NCBI GenBank assembly: GCA_964637835.1
Contig: CAZWYF010000002.1
Coordinates: 84,614-148,613, forward strand
Direction of reading: 5' to 3'
Source of the DNA: an uncultured Fibrobacteraceae bacterium
GTDB lineage: Bacteria > Krumholzibacteriota > Krumholzibacteriia > LZORAL124-64-63
DNA: 64,000 nt
In this document: positions 19,500 through 28,830 of the stretch, one piece after another
Position numbering within the stretch: the first letter of the stretch is position 1
How the letters are laid out: every line of letters starts with the position of its first letter
Notes under the pieces: model-generated
Databases searched by the model: none
What the model saw: only the letters and a program-made list of their open reading frames with translations
What the model was told of the DNA's origin: nothing
Made by a program: the position numbers and the translations under genes

Positions 19500-21164
19500 A
19501 TGCGCCGCGCCCCGCTCGCCGCCCTCGTCCTCGCGCTACTCTTGCTGCTGCCCGCCTGCTCGGACGACGACGACCCTCGCGGTCCCACCACGCCCGGCGG
19601 CGGCGGCGGCGAGATCGAGCAGCCCGGACCCACCTCCTGGTATCACGACAAGGTCTGGTACGAGGTCTTCGTGCGCAGCTTCCAGGACAGCGACGGCGAC
19701 GGGATCGGCGACCTGCAGGGCCTGATCTCGCGGCTGGACTACCTCAACGACGGCGACCCGTCCACCGACACCGACCTCGGCGTGACCGGCCTCTGGCTCA
19801 TGCCCATCGTCGAGTCGCCCAGCTACCACGGCTACGACGCCACGGACTACCGCACCGTCGAGCCCGATTACGGCACCAATGCCGACTTCCAGCAACTCAT
19901 CGCGGCGGCCGAGGCGCGGGGCATGACGGTGATCGTCGACTACGTCATGAACCACTGCTCCACCCAGCATCCGTGGTTCCAGGCCTCGGCACAGGGCGAT
20001 CCCGACTTCGCCGACTGGTTCCTCTGGCGCAGCGACAATCCGGGCTGGTCCCAGCCGTGGGGGGGCGGCAGCGTCTGGCACTCCGGCGCGCGCGGCTACT
20101 ACTACGGCGTCTTCTGGGGTGGCATGCCCGATCTGAACTATACCCACGCGCCCGTGGTCGCCGAGATGCTCGACACCGCCGACTGGTGGCTGCAGGACAT
20201 GGGCGCCCACGGCTTCCGACTCGACGCCGTGAAGTACCTCATCGAGGAGGGCAGCCGCCTGGAGGACACCGGCGCCACGCTGGCCTTCTGGGGGCGGTTC
20301 CGCGAGCACCTCGATCTCGTGGCCCCCGACGCCTTCGTGGTGGGCGAGGCCTGGGATCGCTCCACCGTCTCGGCCAGCTACGTGGATGCGGGCCTGCACA
20401 CGGTCTTCGAGTTCGACCTCGCCGACGCCATGATCCGCGCGGCCAACCAGGGCGACGCGCGTCCGGTCAACACCCAGCTGGACGTGGTGCAGGCGTCGTA
20501 CCCGTTCCTGACCCATGCCACCTTCCTGACCAACCACGACCAGCAGCGGGTCTTCTCCCAGCTCGACCAGGAGCCCGGCCGCAACCGGACCGCCGCCGCC
20601 CTGCTGCTCACCCTGCCGGGCGTGCCCTTCCTCTTCTATGGCGAGGAGGTGGGCATGATCAGCAGCTGGGTCCACGAGGACGTGCGCCGGCCCATGTCCT
20701 GGACCGGCGGCGCGGGGGCGGGCTTCACCACCGGCACGCCCTGGCAGGCGCCGGCGGCCAACCACGGGTCCTTCAACGTGCAGGCCATGCAGGCCGCCGA
20801 GGGCTCGCTCTGGCATCACTACCGCCGTCTGGTCCACGTGCGCAACGGTTCGCCCGCCCTGCGGCGCGGCACCTACCATCAGCTGGGCACCGGCACCAAT
20901 CAGCTGCTGGCGTTCCTGCGCCACCACGAGGCGCAGGCGGTGGTGGTCCTGCACAACTTCTCCGGCGGCAGCCTGGCCGGCTGGAGCCTGAGCACCGCGG
21001 CCAGTCAGCTCGCGCCAGGAGCGTACGCGGCCACCGACCTGGAGACCGGCGAGGAGCTCGCCGGGCTCACCGTGGCGGACAACGGCGCCTTCGCCGACTG
21101 GTCGCCCGTGGGCTTCGTCACCGGCCGTGGCGTCCGGTTCGTCGAGCTCGCGCCGGTGCGGTGA
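19500..21164 (+). CDS. GH13 alpha-amylase-family lipoprotein (alpha-amylase / alpha-glucosidase type)
   Basis: Lipobox 'LLLLLPAC' + 'SDDDDPRG'. GH13 regions I 'VIVDYVMNHCS', II 'GFRLDAVKYL', III 'VVGEAWD', IV 'FLTNHDQQR' are all intact. Confidence 0.88.
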   Translation: MRRAPLAALVLALLLLLPACSDDDDPRGPTTPGGGGGEIEQPGPTSWYHDKVWYEVFVRSFQDSDGDGIGDLQGLISRLDYLNDGDPSTDTDLGVTGLWLMPIVESPSYHGYDATDYRTVEPDYGTNADFQQLIAAAEARGMTVIVDYVMNHCSTQHPWFQASAQGDPDFADWFLWRSDNPGWSQPWGGGSVWHSGARGYYYGVFWGGMPDLNYTHAPVVAEMLDTADWWLQDMGAHGFRLDAVKYLIEEGSRLEDTGATLAFWGRFREHLDLVAPDAFVVGEAWDRSTVSASYVDAGLHTVFEFDLADAMIRAANQGDARPVNTQLDVVQASYPFLTHATFLTNHDQQRVFSQLDQEPGRNRTAAALLLTLPGVPFLFYGEEVGMISSWVHEDVRRPMSWTGGAGAGFTTGTPWQAPAANHGSFNVQAMQAAEGSLWHHYRRLVHVRNGSPALRRGTYHQLGTGTNQLLAFLRHHEAQAVVVLHNFSGGSLAGWSLSTAASQLAPGAYAATDLETGEELAGLTVADNGAFADWSPVGFVTGRGVRFVELAPVR

Positions 21165-21314
21165 GTCGGCGGGATGCGAGTCGGGTGCACATGAGCCCAG
21201 GTGGGATTTCCTGAACTCCGGTGAAGAGCCGGATCCCGCGTCGCCGCCGCTGCTTGCGGGAAATTCATAACCTTTTGACTTGTATGGTCTTGTGCGCGTC
21301 GACTTTGCGTGCAT

Positions 21315-21344
21315 TTGACGCATGTCGAACCCTATCCGTAATCT
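21315..21344 (+). promoter_or_regulatory. Second TTGACG-N18-TAATCT promoter-like element with overlapping palindrome
   Basis: TTGACG 21315-20, TAATCT 21339-44. Same spacing as the element at 14089. CGAC-tt-TGCGT-N7-ACGCA-t-GTCG inverted repeat overlaps the -35. Confidence 0.35.
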
Positions 21345-21456
21345 TCCGCGCTACGGTTCCTGCGTCCTGGGAGGAGTCCTGGACGTGCGCTGGCTGCCGC
21401 GGCTCCGGTTCGCTCCTCCCGCCCCGAGAGACCCGCTTTCCCATGGGGAGAACGAC

Positions 21457-23202
21457 ATGCGGAACTTGCTGCGGACGTCCCTGGTGGTCCTGACCCTGAT
21501 CGCGCTGGCCGCCGGCGCGCAGGCCCAGGTGCCCACCGCCAAGAACATCATCGTCTTCATCAGCGACGGCTGGGGCCAGTCCCAGCTCGACGCCACCGCC
21601 TACTGGAACGGTGAGCGCGCGAGCTACGAGAGCTGGGCCAGCACCCACATGAGCACCTACTCCTACGTCCGACCCTCCGACAACCCGCCCTACGGCGACG
21701 GCAGCTTCGAGGGCATCCACGGGTACGACCCCGCGCTGGCCTGGAGCGACTGGTGGTACCACCAGAACTTCGCCACCGACTCGGCCGCGGCCGGCACCGC
21801 CATGGCCACCGGCCAGAAGACCTACAACGGCGCCATCTGCTGGAGCGTCGATGATCAGCCCATCGAGAATTATTTCGAGTTCGCCGAGGCGGCCGGCAAG
21901 GCCACCGGTACGGTCACCAGCGTCCAGCTGAACCATGCCACGCCGGCGACTCACCGCGCCCACAATCCGGCTCGCGGCAACTACGCGGCCATCGCCCAGG
22001 AGATGATCGAGGACTCGGGACTGGACGTCATCATGGGCGCCGGTCATCCAAACTACGACCACGACGGCCAGTGGGATGCCGGTGATCCGACCGTCCCCGG
22101 CGACTGGCGGCACGTGGGTGGCCACGAGCTCTGGAACGAGCTCCTGGCCGGCACCGCCGGCGGCAGCGAGCCCTGGACCCTCATCGACCAGAAGGCCGAC
22201 TTCGAGGCGCTGGCCGACGGCACCCTGGTCCTCGATCGCGTCGTCGGCGTGGCCCAGGTGGCCAGCACCCTGCAGCACAACCGCGCGGGCTATCCGGACG
22301 ACAACGCGCCGGACGCCCCCTACACCGATCCCTTCGTGCCCAACGTGCCCACCCTGGCGACCATGACCGCCGGCGCGCTCAACGTCCTGGGCCAGGATCC
22401 CGACGGCTTCGTCGTGATGGTCGAGGGCGGCGCCGTGGACTGGTCCGGCCATGGCCGCGCCATGGAGCGCCTCATCGAGGAGCAGGACGATTTCAACGCG
22501 GCCGTCGAGGCGGCCATCGCCTGGGTCGAGGCCCACAGCAGCTGGGACGAGACCCTGATCATGGTCACCGGCGATCACGAGACCGGCGGCCTGTTCGGCC
22601 CCGGCGTCGACCCCGAGGACGAGAGCACCTGGTTCGCGCCCATCGTCGACAACGGTCCGGGCAACGTGCCAGGCTTCTATTACTACTCCGCCCCTGGTCA
22701 GGACTGGCAGAATCCCACCGGCTCCGCCGGCCACACCAACCTGCTGGTGCCCTTCTTCGTGCGCGGCGCCGGGGCCGAGGTCCTGCTCGGCCACGCCGAC
22801 GAGGTCGACCCGGTGGTGGGCAGCTACATCGACAACACCGAGGTCGCCCTGACCTGCTTCGATCTGATCTCCGGGACCGTGCCGGTGGAGAACCCCGACC
22901 TGCCCGGCGACGAGGTGCCCGTGGTCGCGCGGAGCCTGGAGCAGAACTACCCCAACCCGTTCAATCCCCAGACCACCATCGCCTTCGACCTGCCCCGCAG
23001 CGAGGCCGTGCGCCTGGAGATCGTCGACATGCAGGGCCGCCACGTGCGCACCCTGGTGGACGGGACCCGTGGGGCCGGACACCACACGGTGGTCTGGGAC
23101 GGAACCGACCGGACCGGCCGTCGCGTGGCCAGCGGCACCTACGTCTATCGCCTGAACACCGAGAGCCTGGTCCAGAGCAAGACCATGGCCCTGGTGAAGT
23201 AG
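21457..23202 (+). CDS. Secreted alkaline phosphatase (PhoA family) with a T9SS type-A tail
   Basis: Signal peptide 'VLTLIALAAGAQAQ'. Active-site block 'TDSAAAGTAMATGQKTYNGAI' (PhoA DSAAS..TG.KT). Tail 'NPFNPQTTIAFDLPRSEAVRLEIVDMQGRHVRTL...GTYVYRL'. ATG 21457 preceded by GGGGAG. Confidence 0.85.
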   Translation: MRNLLRTSLVVLTLIALAAGAQAQVPTAKNIIVFISDGWGQSQLDATAYWNGERASYESWASTHMSTYSYVRPSDNPPYGDGSFEGIHGYDPALAWSDWWYHQNFATDSAAAGTAMATGQKTYNGAICWSVDDQPIENYFEFAEAAGKATGTVTSVQLNHATPATHRAHNPARGNYAAIAQEMIEDSGLDVIMGAGHPNYDHDGQWDAGDPTVPGDWRHVGGHELWNELLAGTAGGSEPWTLIDQKADFEALADGTLVLDRVVGVAQVASTLQHNRAGYPDDNAPDAPYTDPFVPNVPTLATMTAGALNVLGQDPDGFVVMVEGGAVDWSGHGRAMERLIEEQDDFNAAVEAAIAWVEAHSSWDETLIMVTGDHETGGLFGPGVDPEDESTWFAPIVDNGPGNVPGFYYYSAPGQDWQNPTGSAGHTNLLVPFFVRGAGAEVLLGHADEVDPVVGSYIDNTEVALTCFDLISGTVPVENPDLPGDEVPVVARSLEQNYPNPFNPQTTIAFDLPRSEAVRLEIVDMQGRHVRTLVDGTRGAGHHTVVWDGTDRTGRRVASGTYVYRLNTESLVQSKTMALVK

Positions 23203-23211
23203 CCACCATCT

Positions 23212-23256
23212 CCTCCCGGGGGAGGTCGCGGGGGCCCCGGCCACGGCCGGGGCCCC
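23212..23256 (+). terminator. Two consecutive GC-rich hairpins after the phosphatase gene
   Basis: CCTCCCGGGGGAGG palindrome, then GGGGCCCCGGCC-ac-GGCCGGGGCCCC (12-bp perfect stem). Confidence 0.4.
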
Positions 23257-23309
23257 GCCGGAACCACGTCCCCCGGCATCCGCCCCCCTCGGCCCGGAGG
23301 TCCTTCGAC

Positions 23310-24680
23310 ATGGCTCGCCGCCTGGTTCCGTTCTCGACCGCCACCCTCCTCCTCCTGCTCTGGGGGCTCACCGCGCTCGGGGGGTGCGACCGGCACCGCG
23401 TGCCGTCGAGCGGCCACGGAGGCGGCGACACCTTCACCGGACAGGTGCTCTACCAGATCAACATCGCGGAATTCAGCACCGCCGGCACCCTCGATGGTGC
23501 CATCGCGCACCTGGACGGGCTCCAGGAGCTCGGCATCGAGATCCTCGTGCTCAATCCCATCCATCCGGCCGGCGGGCTGCCGGGAGACACCACCGCGGCC
23601 CACCCCTACGCCGTCCGTGACCACCTCGCCGTGGCGCCAGAGCTCGGCGACGTGGCGGCATTCGAGCGCTTCTGCGCTGCCGCGCATGCTCGTGGCCAGC
23701 GTGTCCTGCTCGACATGGTGCTCAACCATGGTTCCCTCGACCACGCCGAGATCCTGCAGCATCCGGAGTACTTCCTTCGCGACCAGGCCGGCCAGCCCAC
23801 GCGCGAGGTCGCTGCCTGGCGGACCATCGCCGACTTCGATCACGACGATGCCGGCGCCCGCGCCTACCTCGAACGCGTCCTGCGCACCTGGGCGCAACGA
23901 GGAGCCGACGGTTTCCGGTGTCTGCACGCCGACCTCGTACCGGCCGGGTTCTGGAGGGACGCGCTCGCCGCCGCGAGGCGTGCGCGACCTGGCCTCCGCC
24001 TCATCGCCGATTCCCGGGATCCGGGGCACCTGGCGGTGGGCTTCGACGCCATCCTGCGTCCGCAGTACCTGGAGGCCTGCCGCTTCGCGATGATGGACGA
24101 CTTCGCCCAGCGTGGGCTTCACGAGGACCTCTGGCTGGCGGCCGCGGACACCAGCATCGTCGAGCGGGGGGCAGCGATCCACTTCCTGGAGGACCGGTTC
24201 GGCGAGCGTGCGGCCAGGGCGTTCTCCTGGCCGCACGGCATCGGATACGTGGTGGCCATGTTGACCCTGCCGGGCCATCCCCAGCTCTACAGCGGGCAGG
24301 AGTGGGGGGCGACGCAGCCGCCGCGGTTGCACCGCCCGGTGCCCCTGGATCGCACCGCGCGCGATGCGCGCTGGGAGTCTCTCTATCGCGAGCTGCTGGG
24401 ATTGCGGCATCGCAGCGACGCCGTGCGGCAGGGGGAGACCCGGCGCGTGCCCTGTGACGAGCAGGGGGTCCTGGTCTACCTCCGCGAGTCCCCGGAGGAG
24501 ACGGTGCTGGTGGCCGTGAACCTGTCGGAGTTCCAGCCCACCGTGGCGCTGCCGGTAGCGGTGACCGGGAAACGGTGGCGAAGATGGTCGTCCGGGGCCT
24601 TCGCCGCCGATCCTGAGGAGATCCCGGCCGATCTGACCCTCGCGCCCCGCAGCTGGCGCGTGTGGCGGGAAGGACCCTGA
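23310..24680 (+). CDS. GH13-like (alpha-amylase family) lipoprotein with a divergent catalytic region II
   Basis: Lipobox 'LTALGGC'. Region I 'LLDMVLNHGSLDH' present. Region II reads 'GADGFRCLHAD', so the canonical nucleophile Asp in 'GFRxD' is absent or shifted. Confidence 0.6.
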   Translation: MARRLVPFSTATLLLLLWGLTALGGCDRHRVPSSGHGGGDTFTGQVLYQINIAEFSTAGTLDGAIAHLDGLQELGIEILVLNPIHPAGGLPGDTTAAHPYAVRDHLAVAPELGDVAAFERFCAAAHARGQRVLLDMVLNHGSLDHAEILQHPEYFLRDQAGQPTREVAAWRTIADFDHDDAGARAYLERVLRTWAQRGADGFRCLHADLVPAGFWRDALAAARRARPGLRLIADSRDPGHLAVGFDAILRPQYLEACRFAMMDDFAQRGLHEDLWLAAADTSIVERGAAIHFLEDRFGERAARAFSWPHGIGYVVAMLTLPGHPQLYSGQEWGATQPPRLHRPVPLDRTARDARWESLYRELLGLRHRSDAVRQGETRRVPCDEQGVLVYLRESPEETVLVAVNLSEFQPTVALPVAVTGKRWRRWSSGAFAADPEEIPADLTLAPRSWRVWREGP

Positions 24681-24718
24681 GGTCCGACCGATCCCGAAGC
24701 GACGGCAGGCCGTCCGGC

Positions 24719-25900
24719 TCAGTCCAGCCGCAGGATCCGGTCGACGAACACCTGACTTCCCGCGCGGACCCGCAGGAGGTAGACCCCGGCGGGTGCGCGC
24801 CGGCCCCCGTCCTGGCGGCCGTCCCAGCGGAGGTCATGCACGCCGGCCGGCCACGATCCCCGCGACACGCGTGCCACGCGGCGACCGCGCAGGTCGAAGA
24901 TGTCGGCCTGCACCAGCGCTGCGGCGGACAGCTCGAGACGCCAGTGGGCCGTCCCGGACGCCGGCGCCGGGCCCGCGCGCCGGAGTCGAGCCGCGGCGGC
25001 CGGCGTTCCCGCGGCCGTGGGCAACCCCACCCGCTCGGTGGCCAGCGGCGGCGCGGCGAGGTCGGTCAGGACCTGGGCGCCGGCGGCGGCATCGCCACGC
25101 AGGCGCCAGGCCAGCCAGCCCGTCACCAGGCGCCGCGTGAGGGCCTGCTGGCTCGCCGACGGCAACGTCGGCGGGCACCAGGACTCCCCACCCAGGCACG
25201 CCGGCGAGGGCTCGGCGAAACTGCAGTGTCCGCCGCCGAGCACCAGCGCCAGCGCGCGCGTGGACGAGCCGAGGGCGGTGAAGAGCGGCTGTTGATGCTC
25301 CGCTGGCGGCGTCACGCAGTCCAGCTCGCCGGCGAGGATGAGCGCCGGAGCCTGCACGTCCGGAGCCCGGCCGATCATGGAGGGACGGGGTCGTTCCTGG
25401 GGCGCGAGCAGGGCCAGAACGCCGGCCAGGGGGTCGTCCGCGGCGGCCACCACGGCGGCGCCCCCCCCGAGGCTGTGACCGACCAGGGCATGGGGGCCGG
25501 ACGACCGGGCCGGCAGATCCGCCGGCAGGTCCGGATGCCCCTGGCGCAGGGCCGAGGCCAGGAACGTCATGTCCGCGGCGAGGGCGGCCTGGTCGCCGGG
25601 CAGACCCATCTCGGTGGTCGGCAGGGCCACCAGCCAGCCGGTCCCGGCCAGGGTGTCGGCCAGGGCGGCGTAATGCTCCCAGCCCGTGAGGGTGGCGTGG
25701 GCGAGCACCACCACCGGGCAGGGGGCCGTGGCGGCGGGATCGGCCACCAGGACCGCGGTCACCGGACGATCCGGTCGCTCGGGATCGTTCAGGCCCACCG
25801 GCCACTGGCGGGGCGAGGCCATCGCCACCGCGGAGAGGAGCACGGGGAGCAGCAGGCCGACCAGGGCGGCGGCATGATGATGGCGGCGATCAGCACTCAT
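24719..25900 (-). CDS. Secreted alpha/beta-hydrolase (esterase/lipase) with a T9SS type-A tail
   Basis: Nucleophile elbow 'LVGHSLGGGAAV'. C-terminal 'ADIFDLRGRRVARVSRGSWPAGVHDLRWDGRQDGGRRAPAGVYLLRV' matches the T9SS tail shared with the other cargo. Confidence 0.75.
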   Translation of the reverse strand: MSADRRHHHAAALVGLLLPVLLSAVAMASPRQWPVGLNDPERPDRPVTAVLVADPAATAPCPVVVLAHATLTGWEHYAALADTLAGTGWLVALPTTEMGLPGDQAALAADMTFLASALRQGHPDLPADLPARSSGPHALVGHSLGGGAAVVAAADDPLAGVLALLAPQERPRPSMIGRAPDVQAPALILAGELDCVTPPAEHQQPLFTALGSSTRALALVLGGGHCSFAEPSPACLGGESWCPPTLPSASQQALTRRLVTGWLAWRLRGDAAAGAQVLTDLAAPPLATERVGLPTAAGTPAAAARLRRAGPAPASGTAHWRLELSAAALVQADIFDLRGRRVARVSRGSWPAGVHDLRWDGRQDGGRRAPAGVYLLRVRAGSQVFVDRILRLD

Positions 25901-25979
25901 GGGCGGTCACGGCGCGGGGGCGTCGCGCCGGTGGACAGGATACCCGGAATCCCGGTCGCTGTCAGCAGGCCGGTTCCTG

Positions 25980-26606
25980 TCAGGAGGCCGGCGGGGTGGC
26001 GGGATCGAAGTCCGCGAGGTCGGCATCGATCTCGGCCAGGCGCCGCCGGGCCCACTCGTCCTCCCGGTGCCGGAGTCCCCGGGCCAGCAGGCCGAGGGCG
26101 ACCGCCAGCAGCAGGGTGCTGGCCAGATCCAGCCAGGGGAGCGTCGCCGGCGGGAGCAGATGCAATTCGCGCAGCACCACCTTCAGGAGCAGCACCGCTG
26201 CCGCGGCCTGCAGGACGTGCCGGCGGAAGGGGGCCACCTGTCGGCGCGTCGCCAGCGCCAGCAGCGACAGCAGGACGGCCTTGGGGATCACCAGCTGCAG
26301 GTAGATCCAGGCACCCGGTCCGGAGCCGAGCAGCCCGGCCACCAGGCCGGCCAGCTGGGCGAGGAACACGGCCCCGGCGGCGACCGCCAGGGTGGTCAGC
26401 CAGGGACGCAGGCCCGAGAGGATCAGGCCCACGCCGCTGAGGGCCAGGCCCAGGCCCCAGATCGACCAGCCGGGATCGCCGCCGCCCTGCAGGCGGGCCA
26501 GCACCGGCGCGGTGGCGGTGGCCATGGCGCCGGCGAGCAGGACGGAACTGGGGCGCACCCCGGCGCGGATCCGTCGCCAGGCAGGGTCGTGATCACCGAG
26601 TGGCAT
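25980..26606 (-). CDS. Integral membrane protein, unknown function (about 5 TM helices)
   Basis: Hydrophobic helices 'SVLLAGAMATATAPVLA', 'IWGLGLALSGVGLILSGL', 'LAVAAGAVFLAQLAGLVAGLL' etc. The track ORF extends to 26714, but that would overlap the divergent ATPase start; the internal ATG at 26606 is preferred. Confidence 0.5.
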   Translation of the reverse strand: MPLGDHDPAWRRIRAGVRPSSVLLAGAMATATAPVLARLQGGGDPGWSIWGLGLALSGVGLILSGLRPWLTTLAVAAGAVFLAQLAGLVAGLLGSGPGAWIYLQLVIPKAVLLSLLALATRRQVAPFRRHVLQAAAAVLLLKVVLRELHLLPPATLPWLDLASTLLLAVALGLLARGLRHREDEWARRRLAEIDADLADFDPATPPAS

Positions 26607-26691
26607 GAGTGGCGGCTCCTGAACGGCCCCGCGGGACGGCACGAGGCGTCCGTTGTGGACGCGTGGCCTGGGGCGAGCTAAGTTTCCGCCC

Positions 26692-27243
26692 ATGAAGATC
26701 GCGTTCATGGGCACTCACGGGGTGGGCAAGACCACCCTCTGCTTCGAGCTGGCCGCGGCGCTCAAGCGCCTGGATCTGAGCGTCGACCTGGTCAAGGAGG
26801 TGGCGCGACGCTGTCCGCTGCCCATCAACCAGGAGACCACCCGGGATGCCCAGCTCTGGATCCTGCACTCCCAGATCGCCGCCGAGCTGGACCATGCGGC
26901 CCGCTACGAGGTGATCGTCTGCGATCGGGCGGTGCTTGACAACTATGCCTACCTGGTCAACGCCGCGGGCCGGCACCCGCACCTCGAGGACCTGATCCGC
27001 GAGTGGCTGCGCAGCTACCACCTGCTGGTCAAGGTGCCGGTGATCGCACCGCCGAGCTACGATGGCACGCGTGACGTCTCCATCACCTTCCAGCTGGCCA
27101 TCGACCGGATCATCGAGGACCTGCTGCAGGAGTACGGCGCGCCCTGCCTGCGCCTGCCCGCCGGCGACCGTTCCGGCTGGGTGTCGGCGGTCCTCGGCGC
27201 CCTGGATCTGCCCCCGCGCGCGCCCCAGCTGGACCTCTTCTGA
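26692..27243 (+). CDS. Small P-loop NTPase (AAA_28 / NadR-like ATPase-kinase fold)
   Basis: Walker A 'FMGTHGVGKTTL'. Walker B-like 'VIVCDRAVLD'. About 184 aa, no other domain. Confidence 0.6.
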   Translation: MKIAFMGTHGVGKTTLCFELAAALKRLDLSVDLVKEVARRCPLPINQETTRDAQLWILHSQIAAELDHAARYEVIVCDRAVLDNYAYLVNAAGRHPHLEDLIREWLRSYHLLVKVPVIAPPSYDGTRDVSITFQLAIDRIIEDLLQEYGAPCLRLPAGDRSGWVSAVLGALDLPPRAPQLDLF

Positions 27244-27481
27244 GCCCCGGAACGCCCGGCGAACCCCCGGTTCTCCGTCGTTCTTGATATCGGACTTGCA
27301 ACGTGGGATATCTGTGTCCATCTTGACGGTGCGCCCCGGCCCGGACCTTGCTCCAGCACGGAGGAACTTTCTCCTGCCGCGGGTTTTGCAAGGAGATGGA
27401 CGTCGCCGCGGGCGGCGGTCCCGACAGTGACCCGGCGCGGCCGCCGCGGCCGCCGACCATAGATCGCAGACGGAGCATCCC

Positions 27482-28369
27482 TTGACGCTGATCCAGATCC
27501 CCCCCGTCGCCGACGGCCTCCGCGTCATGACGTTCAACCTGCTGGCGGCTTCCAAGAAGCGCCGTCGCTACCCGTGGGAACAGCGCCTGCAGGGCATCGT
27601 GGACGTGTTCGAGCAGCAGCGCCCCGACGTGGTGGGCACCCAGGAGGCCAACCTCGCGCAGCTCAACGACCTCCGCGAGCGCCTGCCGGATTACGACTAC
27701 ACCGGCGAGGCCAACCTGGGCCCCGGCCGGGCCGAGCACACCGACGCCTGGTACAACGCCATCTTCTACCGCCGCGACCGGATCCGGCGCCTGCCCACCC
27801 CGGGCGAGTCGTTCTGGCTGTCGCCGCGGCCGCTGGAGCCAGCCAGCCGCTTCGTGCTGGCCTCGCGGCCGCGCCTGGCGGTGTGGTCGTTCCTCGAGCA
27901 TCGCCCCACGGGACGACCCCTGCTCTTCGGCACCACGCACCTGGAGGCCTTCCTGCCGGGGCATCGCCGCCATGGCGCGCTGCTGCTGCAGCAGTACATC
28001 CAGCGGAAGCTCGCCGAGATGGGCGAGGAGATGCCCGTCTTCCTCACCGGCGACTTCAACGCCGCGGCCAATACCCGGGAGATCCGGGCGCTGGCCGAGC
28101 AGACCGCCGACCGTGCGGGCCTGCTCGACGCCTGGAGCGCGGCCGGCGGGATCGAGGGCCGCCCCGGCGCCACCTTCCGGGGCCTGGGCCTGCGTGATCG
28201 TCTGGGCAATCTGCTTTTCGGCCCCCGCCGCATCGACTACGTGTTCTACCGTCCGCAGCTGGAGGTCCGCAGCGTCTCGCGGGTCGATTTCGATCGCCTG
28301 AGCACGCTGGGCGCGCCGCCGCCCTCGGACCACTTCCCCGTGATGGCCGAGTTCCGGCTCGCCAGCTGA
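27482..28369 (+). CDS. Endonuclease/exonuclease/phosphatase (EEP) family protein
   Basis: 'MTFNLLAA...GTQEA' N-terminal Mg-binding block and C-terminal 'SDHFPVMAEF' motif. Start is TTG at 27482 or ATG at 27527. Confidence 0.75.
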   Translation: MTLIQIPPVADGLRVMTFNLLAASKKRRRYPWEQRLQGIVDVFEQQRPDVVGTQEANLAQLNDLRERLPDYDYTGEANLGPGRAEHTDAWYNAIFYRRDRIRRLPTPGESFWLSPRPLEPASRFVLASRPRLAVWSFLEHRPTGRPLLFGTTHLEAFLPGHRRHGALLLQQYIQRKLAEMGEEMPVFLTGDFNAAANTREIRALAEQTADRAGLLDAWSAAGGIEGRPGATFRGLGLRDRLGNLLFGPRRIDYVFYRPQLEVRSVSRVDFDRLSTLGAPPPSDHFPVMAEFRLAS

Positions 28370-28470
28370 CGGCCTGTTCCGAGGGGGTTGCATCGGCGCC
28401 CCGGTCGGTTAGAATGGCACCAACCGCGGCCGGCCGTGGCCGCGAGTACGCTGAACGAAGGAGGGCATCC

Positions 28471-28830
28471 ATGGAGACGACGCGGACCGAGCAGTTCGCA
28501 GGCTTGCTGCCCGAGGAGGTCCTCGCCCTTCCCAAGGTCGAGGTGCCCGTCGACGGCGTGACGGGCTTCGCCCTCAACGACGACGAGAAGCAGGTGGTCT
28601 TCTTCGTCTTCGAGGAAGGGGTCTCCTTCCCCGATCACGCGCACTGCGCCCAGCGCGGCACGGTCCTGAGCGGGGAGATGGTGATGGAACTCGACGGCCG
28701 GACCAACCTCTACCAGTCCGGCGACCATTATCACGTGCCCGAGAATACCCCGCATCGTACGGTCTTCTCGAAGCGGACCGTGCTGGTGGACCTCTCCGAC
28801 GATCCTGCCCGGTATCCCGTGCGCCGCTGA
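28471..28830 (+). CDS. Cupin-fold small protein
   Basis: GAAGGAGGG RBS. 'FPDHAHCAQRGTVLSGEMVMELDGRTNLYQSGDHYHVPENTPH' has the two-His cupin motif pattern. Confidence 0.6.
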   Translation: METTRTEQFAGLLPEEVLALPKVEVPVDGVTGFALNDDEKQVVFFVFEEGVSFPDHAHCAQRGTVLSGEMVMELDGRTNLYQSGDHYHVPENTPHRTVFSKRTVLVDLSDDPARYPVRR

